Virus record (IMG/VR): IMGVR_UViG_3300037851_001309
Span: 11,805-75,804 of that record
From: a virus
Taxonomy: Duplodnaviria; Caudoviricetes
Reading direction: 5' to 3' (one strand)
Length of the DNA: 64,000 nt
Below the pieces are notes generated by a model. The model had not been told where the DNA came from. It did no database searches and was given only the letters and a program-made list of their open reading frames with translations. Made by a program: the position numbers and the translations under genes. The first letter of the stretch is position 1; the number at the start of each line of letters is the position of its first letter. Below, in pieces: positions 47,075 through 57,146 of this stretch.

Positions 47075-48028
47075 TCACACGAATTTATGTTGGTTAGGAT
47101 CCCACGTTTTGCTGTACAACTGTTGTCTCAACCTTAAATTACCCTGGACACTACCATCGGTCAATTTATATTCTAAAGCCTCACTCCAAGGAAGACCTGT
47201 TTTCTGCTCCCACAATCTTTGTGTAGTCCGATCATCTGTAGCCCTGGGAGGAGTTAGATTTACAGTGGGTTCCACCCCAGTATAAACATCTGATATAAGC
47301 TCTAATTCTTCTCCCCCTTCTTCTCTAACATAATCTGGATCACTTATAGATACAGGAAGTTTCTTATAATGCCCCCTAATTTCAGTCTCATCAGCCATTA
47401 AGGAACTTATAACAAATTCGAAATTATAATTAAGTATATAAGGGTGTTCATCATCTTCATCCAAAGTAAAGTTTTGAAAATGACCTACGAAGTCCTGATT
47501 ATCGTACATTAAATGAACACCACTCACCCTATTTATAACACGGGTAACATAATTAGAATCTAATCTATCAAAAAACTCATAACCATTGGTTCGATAAGCA
47601 CTTAATAAGGCCAACAAATTCAAGTAAGAAAATGTTGTCTGTTGAACAAAATTTTCCAACCCAGTCCCAGGATTCATTGTTGCGGCGGTTTTCCCGGTTG
47701 AACTTATTGTATCCTGATTTGGACCCCATAATTGAATTTGCCAACCACTTCTGGTATAGGTCGTCTGATATGAACTTGTTTTTGCATGATTACAACTTTC
47801 AGGATTTATTAGCATAATGAAATCAATGGGTGCCCCCCCATTACCCATTGTCACAATTCTCATCGGCAAAATCGGGGATATTGCCCCTGTCATAAAGTTT
47901 TTATCGCCAGTTACAGAAGACCCTGATGTAAAATACTGGTCCTGAGGATACAATCGAAAAGAGCTTGTACCTTGGGATTTTTGTAAGAAAACACCAGTTT
48001 TATCTCTTATGTATTGTTTAGACACCAT
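47075..48028 (-). CDS. Tail-tube initiator / baseplate-tube junction protein (gp48/gp54/gpU class), paralogue 2
   Basis: FIMLINPES...TYTRSGWQIQLWG..QDTISSTG...FVGHFQNFTLDEDDEHPY..NYNFEF; position between tape measure and hub. Confidence 0.65.
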   Translation of the reverse strand: MVSKQYIRDKTGVFLQKSQGTSSFRLYPQDQYFTSGSSVTGDKNFMTGAISPILPMRIVTMGNGGAPIDFIMLINPESCNHAKTSSYQTTYTRSGWQIQLWGPNQDTISSTGKTAATMNPGTGLENFVQQTTFSYLNLLALLSAYRTNGYEFFDRLDSNYVTRVINRVSGVHLMYDNQDFVGHFQNFTLDEDDEHPYILNYNFEFVISSLMADETEIRGHYKKLPVSISDPDYVREEGGEELELISDVYTGVEPTVNLTPPRATDDRTTQRLWEQKTGLPWSEALEYKLTDGSVQGNLRLRQQLYSKTWDPNQHKFV

Positions 48029-48728
48029 ATATTGATCCCGGGTCAGTGAAAGAGAATACTGTTTCTTCAGATTTGAATGTTATTGTATAAATAAATCTAT
48101 ATGGATTAGATGCATCCTCAGTAACATCGATACTTTCAAAAAACCCCCTATAGGCAGAATAACCATAAGAAAGCCAGATGTAATACCTCTCAGTAATAAA
48201 GCCATTTTTATCGTATGTACAGCCGTTAGATCTAAATAAATCTATCAATCTTAAAAACTGTCTATACGAAACTGAATTTCTTCTTTGAGATACTGTAACC
48301 CCAACCTCATTATCATGTACCGCTGTAGTCCCCGTTCCCGCATATTTATAAAATTTTTTTACTGGAGATGTTTCACTTTCATGGAGCCTCGTTTGGTATA
48401 TATCCGTGCCCCCTAAAACAAAAGTAGCAGTACTCCCCTGAAAAGTAATTGTATCAACCTCTTCCCCCCAGTGCTCTTCAAGGAAAGAAACCATAGTCTG
48501 TGTTCTGGTAACTATCTTCGACATATTATTACTGATTGAAGCTGGATTAACCATTAACTCAACACCATAAATAGTGTCTGTAGTATCTACCCCTTCTTGT
48601 GAAGGGTACTTCAGGGTTTTAACAGCCCCATCCCGGTCAATCATAGCCAGGATGAAAGGGGTATACTCAACGTATTTGCCCTTTGCTGTATGAAGAGCCC
48701 TCTTAACTGTTATATTGTCTTCTGCCAT
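48018..48728 (-). CDS. Tail-tube initiator / baseplate-tube junction protein, paralogue 1
   Basis: ELMVNPAS...TQTMVSFLEEHWG..VDTITFQG...YRGFFESIDVTEDASNPY.FIYTITF; clearly homologous to 47075-48028. Confidence 0.65.
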   Translation of the reverse strand: MAEDNITVKRALHTAKGKYVEYTPFILAMIDRDGAVKTLKYPSQEGVDTTDTIYGVELMVNPASISNNMSKIVTRTQTMVSFLEEHWGEEVDTITFQGSTATFVLGGTDIYQTRLHESETSPVKKFYKYAGTGTTAVHDNEVGVTVSQRRNSVSYRQFLRLIDLFRSNGCTYDKNGFITERYYIWLSYGYSAYRGFFESIDVTEDASNPYRFIYTITFKSEETVFSFTDPGSIYGV

Positions 48729-48732
48729 AAAA

Positions 48733-51700
48733 TTACGCCATATTGTTTATATGATCTTTATAGAAATAAGATCTGATCTCATTTGCGATTCTTTGACCCA
48801 AATCTTTTTCATTAGCATTTACCGTTATAGTAATGTTCTTTTCTACTGGAGCAGTTGCAGTAGCCATCTTAGCTGACTCCATAACAGCCGGTTTGGGTGG
48901 CGTTGTAGTAAACCCTGCAGGCAACATGGGCTTGATTGCTGGGGAAGCTGAGATTGAGGCCATAGTCGTTGTGGGAGTTTTCGTCAGCTTTTCCAAAACA
49001 GCCGAGGCTGAATCAGCCGATGATATAGCCATCTTACCAGCCTCTTTGCTTATATCCCCAGCCATCTTAGGCATGGCCTTGGCCATCTTGGGCATAGCTT
49101 TAGTTAAAGCAGGGGTCACCTTAGCTAACCCAGGACCTAAGGCCTTTGCAGCCTTAAAGAACACGGCCTTTCCAGCCATTTTACCTATGCCACCCGCCGG
49201 AAGTTCCGTAGCTAATTGAGTAGCCATCTTAGTCATTTTTCCGATAACACCAGACTTTTCAAGATTCTCCTGTTCATCAACAGTTAATTTCCAAAAGTCA
49301 ATAGATTCCTGGATCGTCTTCTCAAGTTCATCCCCAAGACCACTTACATTCTTAACCAAATCTTTGTTTCCTGTTGCCTTCGCAAGGCCCTCTGCTGCCG
49401 GAACGAGAAGTTTACTTGTAAACTTTGCTATTTGAGCAAATTCCCCCATCGTATCTTTTAATCCAGTTGAAACCCCTGTGCCTATCGATTCAGTTACAGA
49501 TCTTTTTTTATTGGGAGAACCGGTAGGTGCCGTATCAAATCCAGCCATAGAAGCAGGAAGGATAGTTTCTTTGGGATGAAGAACCACAGCACCTGCCTTT
49601 GTCACCATCTCTGGTTTCCTAAGACCCTGCTTTTTTTCTGTCGTTGTAGCTTTGGCTTTAGCTGGCTTTCCTTCTGCATCACTAAATACTATGATCGTTT
49701 CTCCGCCTTTTTCTTTTGTCAAACCCTTCTCTTTTGCAGCTTCCATTATATTTCTAGCCAAGGTTTCACCATATTTGGATTCTAATGCTTTCTGTGAGAT
49801 CTTTCCACCCATTTCTCTCTCTGCTTTATTAAGAAGAGCTTCTTGGGCACCCTCATCTTTTGCTATCATAGCGCTCATTAGTGTAACCAATTCTGTATTT
49901 CTCTTATTCAGTATCTCTAATTCCCTTACCGTATCATCTGCTTTTTCTTTCTGCTTTCTTGCATTATCTGCCGATTGACCCATCTCCTGAATTAATTCTT
50001 TATTTTTTTCAGCAAAAACCTGAGGATCAACAGACCCAGAGATTACCTGGGATAAGAGAAAAATCTGATCCTCCAATAGTTTGGTATCTTTTGAATTGGT
50101 TTTCTTTTCTTCTTTTAATTTTTTTACCATTTCCTTATATTTTTTAAGGGCTTGATCCTGAGACCCCTCCAAACTGCCAAGAAGAGTCAACTGCCCTGTC
50201 AATCTTTTTACTTCTTCCTTTGAGGCTGTATCGGTTTTTCCAGACAACTTATTAATACTTTCTATTATTCCTGTTCTTTGATCATTCATTGAATTTATTA
50301 CACCAGGGCCCTTAGTACCCGCATTTTTCAAAACCTTGGCCATTTCTTCAATATAGCGATCCCCCATAGTTTCATCCATATTTTTTATATCTAACAACTT
50401 TTGGGACATCGCACTACTAAATTGAACATTATCGGATTGAAGAGAAGTAAGAGTGGACAGAAGATTAACCATATCACCAAAGACTGCCACGTCAGTCTCT
50501 GCCGCTTTTCCTTCTTTAAGAGCTTTGTAAAGTGCATCCGCTTGTTTTCCAGATGTTCTTTCTATATCTTTAGGTAGGTTTGCAAAAAGACCGGTACCGA
50601 AAATACCACCACCAATATCAACTATACCTTCTTTCTTTAGCCTGTCCTTCGCCTCTTTTTGTTTCTTAGTAAATTCTCCTCCAGCAAGCTTTGTAGCCAG
50701 AGCTGACGCTGCTGTGGATATTTCATCGAGTCTAAGCAAAGAAACGGTTCTGTATTTTATATCATCCTCAGCAATTTTCTTTAAATCTTCAAGAGATAAG
50801 GTGCTATTCCTAATCTTTTCAAAAGTGTCGTCATATGCTTTTCCCAAAGTTTTCTCTCCAACATCTCTATCTTTCAGATTACTTTGCTGAAGCTTTACAC
50901 CCATATCTGCTTTAACTATCAACTGCTCCAAAAGGCCAGATAACCCCTTAGTCTGTAAAGTCCCCTCAGATGATGCTTTGACCATATTTTTCAGCTCACC
51001 TAAAAACTTCGTGTCGGAAGCTCCTGCTTTGGTAAGTAGTTTTGCTTGACTTTCATCTATCCCCAAAGACTCCGATAGATCTTTCGCAATGGCCTGAAAT
51101 TCATCAGGAGTGAGATTTTCATTCACCTGATTTAAGGCCATTAATAAGTTTTTCTGTGATTTTAACCCCAATATCGAACTCTCGGACATTTTTATACCGG
51201 ATGCTCTGATTTCTTCAAGTATCTTCTTCTGCTCTGCAGGGCTTGTGTCCTCTGTTAATTTTGACAACTTCTCATCAAGGATTTTCTTCTGCTCTGAACC
51301 TAAAGAATTATATACCTTAGAATTCTCATTGAAAGATTCCATCGTTTTTATTAAACTCTTATTATTTGCTTGTCCAAATTTACCAATGCCCACGAGATTT
51401 CGAAGTTGATCTGCTGATTGCTGAGCCTGAGCAATGAGAAGACGAATTGTATCATCAGACACGCCACCCTTAAGAGTTCCTTGCATTCCTTTAAGAATAG
51501 CAGCCATGTTGTTCCCTGTTTTAAGAGAAGTAATATTAGCCCCGGTTAAACCTTTAATCATATCATAAAGAAGAGCGGGAGTTTTATCGGATAGCATAGC
51601 CATATCCTGGGCCATAGCCACGTCTCCACGATCCCTTGCAGATGCCGCCCTCTGGGACATTTGTTGAAATTTTGCCTGCTCAGCACGAGCTTTCTCTAAA

Positions 51701-54606
51701 GCATCCAAAGTAGCCGGATCTTTTGTTACCATGTATTTTTGCGTTAAAGAAAGAACTTCCTTACCCTTAGATTCTGCCTCTGCCTCATATTTTTTCTCTA
51801 CCTCTGTAAACATCTTTTTAAGATTCGCACCGCCCCTTCGAGCAATATCGATAAAGGCCATGTTTGTTTCCATAGAACTCTTCTTAAAAAGCTGTCCCAT
51901 CTCAGTAGCAGAGTCCCCAGCTTCTTTAGCACCTGTCAGCTGTGACTCTGTAAAATTCTTCATTGCTTTAGAAGCACCATCAATAAAAGAACCATAAAAA
52001 GACAAAGAGGCGGACGCGTTAGAAATTGCTTCCCAAAAACGATCTGTGCTCAAACCACTTTTTTGTGCATCAAAAGCAACATTAACAAATGCATCGTCTA
52101 TTTCTTCGAGGTCCATGCGATAATTAGAAACTAAGTCTCCCATCCGAGCACCGACTGTTGACATGTCCATGCCAAAAACTTTACTGGCCTTGGCCGCTAT
52201 CGTTACAGCATCCCTATAGCCTTGGAACCCCTGGTTTAAAGTGGTAAGACGATTACCTGCAGTCCCTATAGCAGACATAAACTCATAAACGTTATCTGAA
52301 GTAAGGCCATCCCGGATATTTGCGGCCATGTTTGTGATAGCCTTATTAAAATCACGAAATTGCTTGGTAACATCTCCTGTCATAATCTCCGGACCACGTA
52401 TGTCCGCAAATCTTTTATTCATCCCTTTTATATAGGAATCAATTTTTACCGCAGCTTGAACAACCTGAACTACCGCCATAGCAATAAGACCGGGCCAGCC
52501 AGCAAGAACCTTAGTAACCCCTCCAAGTGCTCCGGCCATTCCACCCGCAGCCTTCCCAGCAGCACCAAGGAGGCCCGGCATCTTACCCATCACAGCACTC
52601 CCAGCCTTCATCCCCTCCGCAGTAGCTCTGGCTTTCTCTAACTGCCCTGTAAACTCTGCCGGAGATTTTCCAAAAGATTTGAACAAAGAGCCAAGACTAC
52701 CAACACCAGTAGCTATACTGTCAACAGCTGTTGCTGGAGTTTTCTCAATTTTTAAAGAAGCTTCTAATTCTTTACCGGCCTCATCGGCCTGTTTTTCCAG
52801 CCCTTTCAATTGATCCGAAAGTTCCCGAAGTTTTTTCTTGGCTTTATCTATAGCCTCCGGGGGTTCCCCAGCACTCTTAAGACCCTCCAGCTCATTCTTT
52901 GTACTTACTACCTGTTGTCTAACAATTTCAATTTCCTTATTGATGCTGATCAGCTTTGTAAGATCAAAACTGGATGCATCAATATCAATATCGACTTTTT
53001 TAGAAACCTTTTTAAGACCTTTAGATAAATCCGCCAGACCTTTCGAAGCTTTTTCATACAAACTTTTGAGCTCTTCTTCAGCACCCTTAATAGCATCAGT
53101 ATCTAAAACCTCAGCACTTCTTAATTCTTTTAGTTTACTTTTAGCCTTTTCAATATCCGAAAGAATAACATCCATTCCTGACAGATCTACTGTAGCCTCT
53201 GATTCAAATCCTGCTTTCTTTGCTACAGTATTTGCAGTATCATAAAGTTCGTTAAGTCTTTTTGTTGCTTTATTAATTGCTTCTTCATTAAATGGGTCAA
53301 TCTTTTTAAGATCATCAAGACCTTTTTGGGCTTTGTCAATCTCTGTTAAAACGGTGTCCAGACCAAGAAGGGTAACCGTTGCTATCGCCTTAAAACCCGC
53401 TTTCTTTGCAGTCGCATCAGCCTTAACATATAACTTTTCAAGTTTCTTCTCTGCTTCCGCTATTGCCTTCGTATTTGCAGGTTCTATTTCTCTAAGAGTA
53501 GCCAACCCCTTCTCAGCTTGATCGATATCTTTCAAAATTTCGTTAAAACCAGCCGTACGAACTGTCAAGGTCGATTTGATTCCAGCTTTTTTTGACAATT
53601 CATCTGCAAGCAAATAAAGATTATCAAGGCCTTTTTCTGCTTCTGCAATGGCCTTGGTATTCATCAGCTCGGTCTTTTTAAGCTCTTCTATTTTTCTCTT
53701 AGTCTGATCAATGTCATTAAAAACTTTATCAAACCCTGTCATAATAACAGAGGCTGATACTTTATACCCTGCGGCTTTAGCCATATCTTCGGCTTTAGTT
53801 CGCAATCCATCAATTTCTTTCTCTGCTTCCGAGATAGCTTTTATATTTGTAGGATCAGTATTTTTTAAAACATCTAATTCAGCTTTAGCTTTGTTTATCC
53901 CCTTATTAATTTCTTCAAAGCCAGTCATCGTAATAGAAGCGGCAGCTTTAAACCCAGCTCTTTTTGCTGCTCTATCAGCGGTCTCATATAAACTGTCAAG
54001 TTCTTTCTCAGCCCCTGCAATAGCCTTGGTATTAGCAGGATCAGTCTTTTTAAGATCCTCTAATTTTGCGCGAGCGTCATTTATGTCTTTTGCTATCCTG
54101 TCAAAACCAACCATTTTTATTGATGCAATTTCCTCAAAACGGGCCCTCTTGGAAAGTTCCTGAGTATCCTTTATCAGTAATTTTAATTTTTTGTCTGCTT
54201 CGTCAAGATCTTTCTGATTAGTGAAATCCACCTTTTTAAGATCTTCAAACTGCTTTTTACAGGTATTGATGTCTTTTGTAATTTGAGTAAAACCCTTCAT
54301 CTCTATGGACGCAGAGGCTTTAAAACCTGAAGCTTTAGCCAACTTTACTAAATCTTTTATGTAATCACCTGTTTTTTTCTTTACGCTATCAATTGCTTCT
54401 TCAGTTTCTTCCAACTGTTTATTCAACTCTTTAATAGGCTTAGTCTCTGTATTCTTAAAAGTCTTATTCAGATTATCTGTAGAAACATTTAACTTCTCCA
54501 TAGACTCGGAACTTTTTTCAAGAGTACTATTAATTTTATTAAAAAGGCCATCTAAAGAATTAATAGCCTTACCTAATTCATCTACTTTCTTCGATAGCTT
54601 TGCCAT
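48733..54606 (-). CDS. Tape measure protein (1957 aa)
   Basis: Long K/E/A/L-rich helical protein with a Gly/Ala-rich amphipathic segment, in the canonical position after the tube and chaperone genes. C-terminal GAVVLHPKETILP...NITITVNA motif. Confidence 0.9.
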   Translation of the reverse strand: MAKLSKKVDELGKAINSLDGLFNKINSTLEKSSESMEKLNVSTDNLNKTFKNTETKPIKELNKQLEETEEAIDSVKKKTGDYIKDLVKLAKASGFKASASIEMKGFTQITKDINTCKKQFEDLKKVDFTNQKDLDEADKKLKLLIKDTQELSKRARFEEIASIKMVGFDRIAKDINDARAKLEDLKKTDPANTKAIAGAEKELDSLYETADRAAKRAGFKAAASITMTGFEEINKGINKAKAELDVLKNTDPTNIKAISEAEKEIDGLRTKAEDMAKAAGYKVSASVIMTGFDKVFNDIDQTKRKIEELKKTELMNTKAIAEAEKGLDNLYLLADELSKKAGIKSTLTVRTAGFNEILKDIDQAEKGLATLREIEPANTKAIAEAEKKLEKLYVKADATAKKAGFKAIATVTLLGLDTVLTEIDKAQKGLDDLKKIDPFNEEAINKATKRLNELYDTANTVAKKAGFESEATVDLSGMDVILSDIEKAKSKLKELRSAEVLDTDAIKGAEEELKSLYEKASKGLADLSKGLKKVSKKVDIDIDASSFDLTKLISINKEIEIVRQQVVSTKNELEGLKSAGEPPEAIDKAKKKLRELSDQLKGLEKQADEAGKELEASLKIEKTPATAVDSIATGVGSLGSLFKSFGKSPAEFTGQLEKARATAEGMKAGSAVMGKMPGLLGAAGKAAGGMAGALGGVTKVLAGWPGLIAMAVVQVVQAAVKIDSYIKGMNKRFADIRGPEIMTGDVTKQFRDFNKAITNMAANIRDGLTSDNVYEFMSAIGTAGNRLTTLNQGFQGYRDAVTIAAKASKVFGMDMSTVGARMGDLVSNYRMDLEEIDDAFVNVAFDAQKSGLSTDRFWEAISNASASLSFYGSFIDGASKAMKNFTESQLTGAKEAGDSATEMGQLFKKSSMETNMAFIDIARRGGANLKKMFTEVEKKYEAEAESKGKEVLSLTQKYMVTKDPATLDALEKARAEQAKFQQMSQRAASARDRGDVAMAQDMAMLSDKTPALLYDMIKGLTGANITSLKTGNNMAAILKGMQGTLKGGVSDDTIRLLIAQAQQSADQLRNLVGIGKFGQANNKSLIKTMESFNENSKVYNSLGSEQKKILDEKLSKLTEDTSPAEQKKILEEIRASGIKMSESSILGLKSQKNLLMALNQVNENLTPDEFQAIAKDLSESLGIDESQAKLLTKAGASDTKFLGELKNMVKASSEGTLQTKGLSGLLEQLIVKADMGVKLQQSNLKDRDVGEKTLGKAYDDTFEKIRNSTLSLEDLKKIAEDDIKYRTVSLLRLDEISTAASALATKLAGGEFTKKQKEAKDRLKKEGIVDIGGGIFGTGLFANLPKDIERTSGKQADALYKALKEGKAAETDVAVFGDMVNLLSTLTSLQSDNVQFSSAMSQKLLDIKNMDETMGDRYIEEMAKVLKNAGTKGPGVINSMNDQRTGIIESINKLSGKTDTASKEEVKRLTGQLTLLGSLEGSQDQALKKYKEMVKKLKEEKKTNSKDTKLLEDQIFLLSQVISGSVDPQVFAEKNKELIQEMGQSADNARKQKEKADDTVRELEILNKRNTELVTLMSAMIAKDEGAQEALLNKAEREMGGKISQKALESKYGETLARNIMEAAKEKGLTKEKGGETIIVFSDAEGKPAKAKATTTEKKQGLRKPEMVTKAGAVVLHPKETILPASMAGFDTAPTGSPNKKRSVTESIGTGVSTGLKDTMGEFAQIAKFTSKLLVPAAEGLAKATGNKDLVKNVSGLGDELEKTIQESIDFWKLTVDEQENLEKSGVIGKMTKMATQLATELPAGGIGKMAGKAVFFKAAKALGPGLAKVTPALTKAMPKMAKAMPKMAGDISKEAGKMAISSADSASAVLEKLTKTPTTTMASISASPAIKPMLPAGFTTTPPKPAVMESAKMATATAPVEKNITITVNANEKDLGQRIANEIRSYFYKDHINNMA
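53026..54327 (-). repeat. Seven degenerate tandem repeats of 62 aa (186 bp) in the tape measure N-terminus
   Basis: Unit example GFKAAASITMTGFEEINKGINKAKAELDVLKNTDPTNIKAISEAEKEIDGLRTKAEDMAKAA, at approximately residues 94-527. Confidence 0.9.
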
Positions 54607-54609
54607 AGA

Positions 54610-55665
54610 TTATCCTTTGCCAGTCAAGACTCGAGAACCAATTTTCTTATAAAACTTTTCTTTGTCCTCTAAACTTACCGCTTCCTCTGAAGGAACCAAA
54701 GTTGTTGTTGAGACTCTCCTATCCATAAGCTGTTTTGCTTCTTCAGGGGTAAGTGCTCTCTGTTGTCCTTCTATAAATACATTATCATGTTTAGCCTGAG
54801 CTTCCTTAATCCTTCGTTCTGCTTCGTCCGTCTTTTTCTGGGCTTCATCCCGCATTTTTTTGAAATAATTCTCCATAAAGATATCGTGACGATCTTTAAC
54901 CCCACTAACTTGACGTTCCAATTCCGCCACCAGTTCCTCTGCCGTATCTACCGATGTCGCCCAACCTTCCGGAGACCACCTTTTTTTCGCATCATCCAAA
55001 GACCCCATCTCTGCCAACTTCTTCCTTCGATCTTCAGTATTCTTTGTCTGGGTCTCATGCTGATTACGTATGTGCCTGGCTCCCTTAGAGTTAGATGAGG
55101 ACGCCACCATAAGAGCCAGATAAAATTTTTGGCTGTAGTCCTCTTCAGAGTCTAAAAATCGATTGATCATTACCCAGCTTTCCTGATGGACATTCATACC
55201 CATCTGATTGGTCCCAGGTATACCGGTAAACTCTGAAGAAGTAGGGGAAAGACCATTGAGAGCTTTCCAAGTGTTTCGAGATTGACTAGTATAGGTAAAC
55301 CCCTCCAGATACCTTAGTGCAGAATAGGAAACCTGTCTCAAATCATTCAAACTGTTTATAATCTTCTTAGATAAAGCAGTCGGTATAGTCTGAAAAAACT
55401 GGGTTACTTCCTCCGAATATTTTTCCCTGTTTATGAGAATATTTTTATCCTCAATCATAAGTAGGCTATACAAAATGAAATAATTATTAAAACGAGAAAG
55501 GTAGTCCGGCCGGGTAGGTTTCCCTGAAAACATCTTAATCAGGTCGAACTCTTTTTCGTTCACGGTCTTAAAAACAAAAAGCTTCCCGTCCAAGTCTAAC
55601 TCAGCTGTCAGGAAGCCTTTGTATATAAGATCCGATAATGCCGTATAGGCTTCTTTTTTTTCCAT
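54610..55665 (-). CDS. Putative tail/baseplate assembly chaperone (351 aa)
   Basis: Position immediately upstream of the tape measure; LDGKLFVFKTVNEKE pattern; has its own RBS. Confidence 0.55.
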   Translation of the reverse strand: MEKKEAYTALSDLIYKGFLTAELDLDGKLFVFKTVNEKEFDLIKMFSGKPTRPDYLSRFNNYFILYSLLMIEDKNILINREKYSEEVTQFFQTIPTALSKKIINSLNDLRQVSYSALRYLEGFTYTSQSRNTWKALNGLSPTSSEFTGIPGTNQMGMNVHQESWVMINRFLDSEEDYSQKFYLALMVASSSNSKGARHIRNQHETQTKNTEDRRKKLAEMGSLDDAKKRWSPEGWATSVDTAEELVAELERQVSGVKDRHDIFMENYFKKMRDEAQKKTDEAERRIKEAQAKHDNVFIEGQQRALTPEEAKQLMDRRVSTTTLVPSEEAVSLEDKEKFYKKIGSRVLTGKG

Positions 55666-55673
55666 TATCTTCC

Positions 55674-56255
55674 TTAACGGCTTTTGTCTATTTCAGTCTG
55701 CGCCTGCTCTTGTTCTTCCTTTACCCGTTTTTCAAGCATAGCTACCTCATCTTCAGGCTCTTCTTCATTTTCAAGCTTGCGAAACCCTTCCGGAGCACCT
55801 GCGTCTTGCTTAGCCAGCTCCTCTACAGGCTGTTGAGCAGTGAATCTTTCGAATTTAGCCTTGCTGGATACCCGAGCTTCAAGCTCTGAGTGCAGGTTGT
55901 TAAACGCATCAAAAAGAACGTCACGAATCGCTGCCGGCCAATTTTCAACCTGATGAAGAAGAAACAGGTATTTTGACTCTTTTACAGGATTCCCCTTATC
56001 ATCCTCATAATCAACTTCCAAATCATTAAAAACGATGTCGTTTATCTGTTTGATTGAATAAGCGAGTGAGCTTTTTTTCAAAGACTCAATATAGGAACCA
56101 CCCTCAAAGTCCTTACAGGCTTCCAGGACCTTAAGTTCTTCCATAGCAGTCAATGGTTCCAGTATAATACTGATCTGCAGATCTTCAAATTCAACTTTTT
56201 TCTGCAGAGTGAAAGACTTCTTAATGCTTTTTAAAAGCTCATTCAGCTTACTCAT
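55674..56255 (-). CDS. Putative tail assembly chaperone (193 aa)
   Basis: Position between tube and tape measure; IILEPLTAMEE...LAYSIKQIN pattern; acidic tail. Confidence 0.6.
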   Translation of the reverse strand: MSKLNELLKSIKKSFTLQKKVEFEDLQISIILEPLTAMEELKVLEACKDFEGGSYIESLKKSSLAYSIKQINDIVFNDLEVDYEDDKGNPVKESKYLFLLHQVENWPAAIRDVLFDAFNNLHSELEARVSSKAKFERFTAQQPVEELAKQDAGAPEGFRKLENEEEPEDEVAMLEKRVKEEQEQAQTEIDKSR

Positions 56256-56422
56256 TGGAAAACCCCTGTCAGTTTTATGTTATGTATAAATGTCAAGGAA
56301 AGTGGAATAATTTCCAGAGGAGGAGATAGGAAGGATATTTTATATAAATTTTATTTTATTTAAAAAATCTTATATATTATTTGGATTTTATTCTATCTTG
56401 ACCTCAGGAAATCATCTTTTCC

Positions 56423-57094
56423 TTAAGCTGCTTTAAGTCTTACAGAGTTACCATTGCCACCAGTCTTCAAGGTACCAGTGTCATCAGTATCCGCCATATT
56501 ACCGTAGACAGCCCAATCAATACCATTTAAAATGTCAGATACGTTAATTGTCACAGTCTCTTGAACGATTGCTGTATCAGATGCATAGGAAACTGAATAG
56601 TCCGAAATCCAACAGGCTTCATATACCGTTAAAAGAGCCTTAGTGACACCTTCTGCATCTCCAGTATTATCAATTTGTGTTATTGCCTCACGTTTACCTT
56701 CAACTGTCGGATCAGCAAGCTTGCTGAAAATAATCTCTTGATAAATGTCAAACGGCCAACGATGGTGTCTCAGCGACCGAACAATACCGTCTATACCGGA
56801 CTTATACCCAAAAACCTGATAAATGTTCGATGTATAGAGGGCACTTCTGGTCACTGAAATCGTCATCGGATCCGTCACCCCGGGAACAAGTTCCGCGATG
56901 TGATCCCCGAAACCAATACCACGGATAGGCTCAATGGTACGGGCTTCCGATGGATCAAATGTTGCGATAACTCCAATTTGTTTTTTTTCCCCTTCTACAT
57001 TCGTCGAGAAAATCCTGTTCTTCGAGCTTATAACAGAAAGAGTGTTTGGGGAAACCCCTTTCCGAAAGATATAACTACTATGATCTCTTGCCAT
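56423..57094 (-). CDS. Tail tube protein
   Basis: IGVIATFDPSEARTIEPIRGIG...ELVPG...ISVTRSALY...RWPFDI...YEACWISDYSVSY...IVQETVTINVSD; strong RBS AGGGAGG; downstream of the sheath. Confidence 0.88.
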   Translation of the reverse strand: MARDHSSYIFRKGVSPNTLSVISSKNRIFSTNVEGEKKQIGVIATFDPSEARTIEPIRGIGFGDHIAELVPGVTDPMTISVTRSALYTSNIYQVFGYKSGIDGIVRSLRHHRWPFDIYQEIIFSKLADPTVEGKREAITQIDNTGDAEGVTKALLTVYEACWISDYSVSYASDTAIVQETVTINVSDILNGIDWAVYGNMADTDDTGTLKTGGNGNSVRLKAA

Positions 57095-57146
57095 TTGAAA
57101 ACCTCCCTAAGTAAGGATTGTTGTCTGTACACTACCGAACAGTTCT

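Noticed and set aside
42804-54606. Peptidoglycan hydrolase domain in the spike or tape measure
   Set aside because: No lysozyme, lytic transglycosylase, NlpC/P60 or M23 motif recognised by eye; a profile search could still reveal a divergent one.
55660-55720. Programmed -1 frameshift joining the two chaperone-like genes (lambda G/GT style)
   Set aside because: The downstream gene is in the -1 frame, but that frame is open for only about nine codons before its ATG and holds no XXXYYYZ slippery heptamer. The second gene also has its own RBS.
56270-56296. Canonical sigma70 promoter at TTGACA
   Set aside because: No TAnnnT hexamer at 16-18 nt spacing; the nearest TA-rich hexamer is only 13 nt away and is not TAnnnT.
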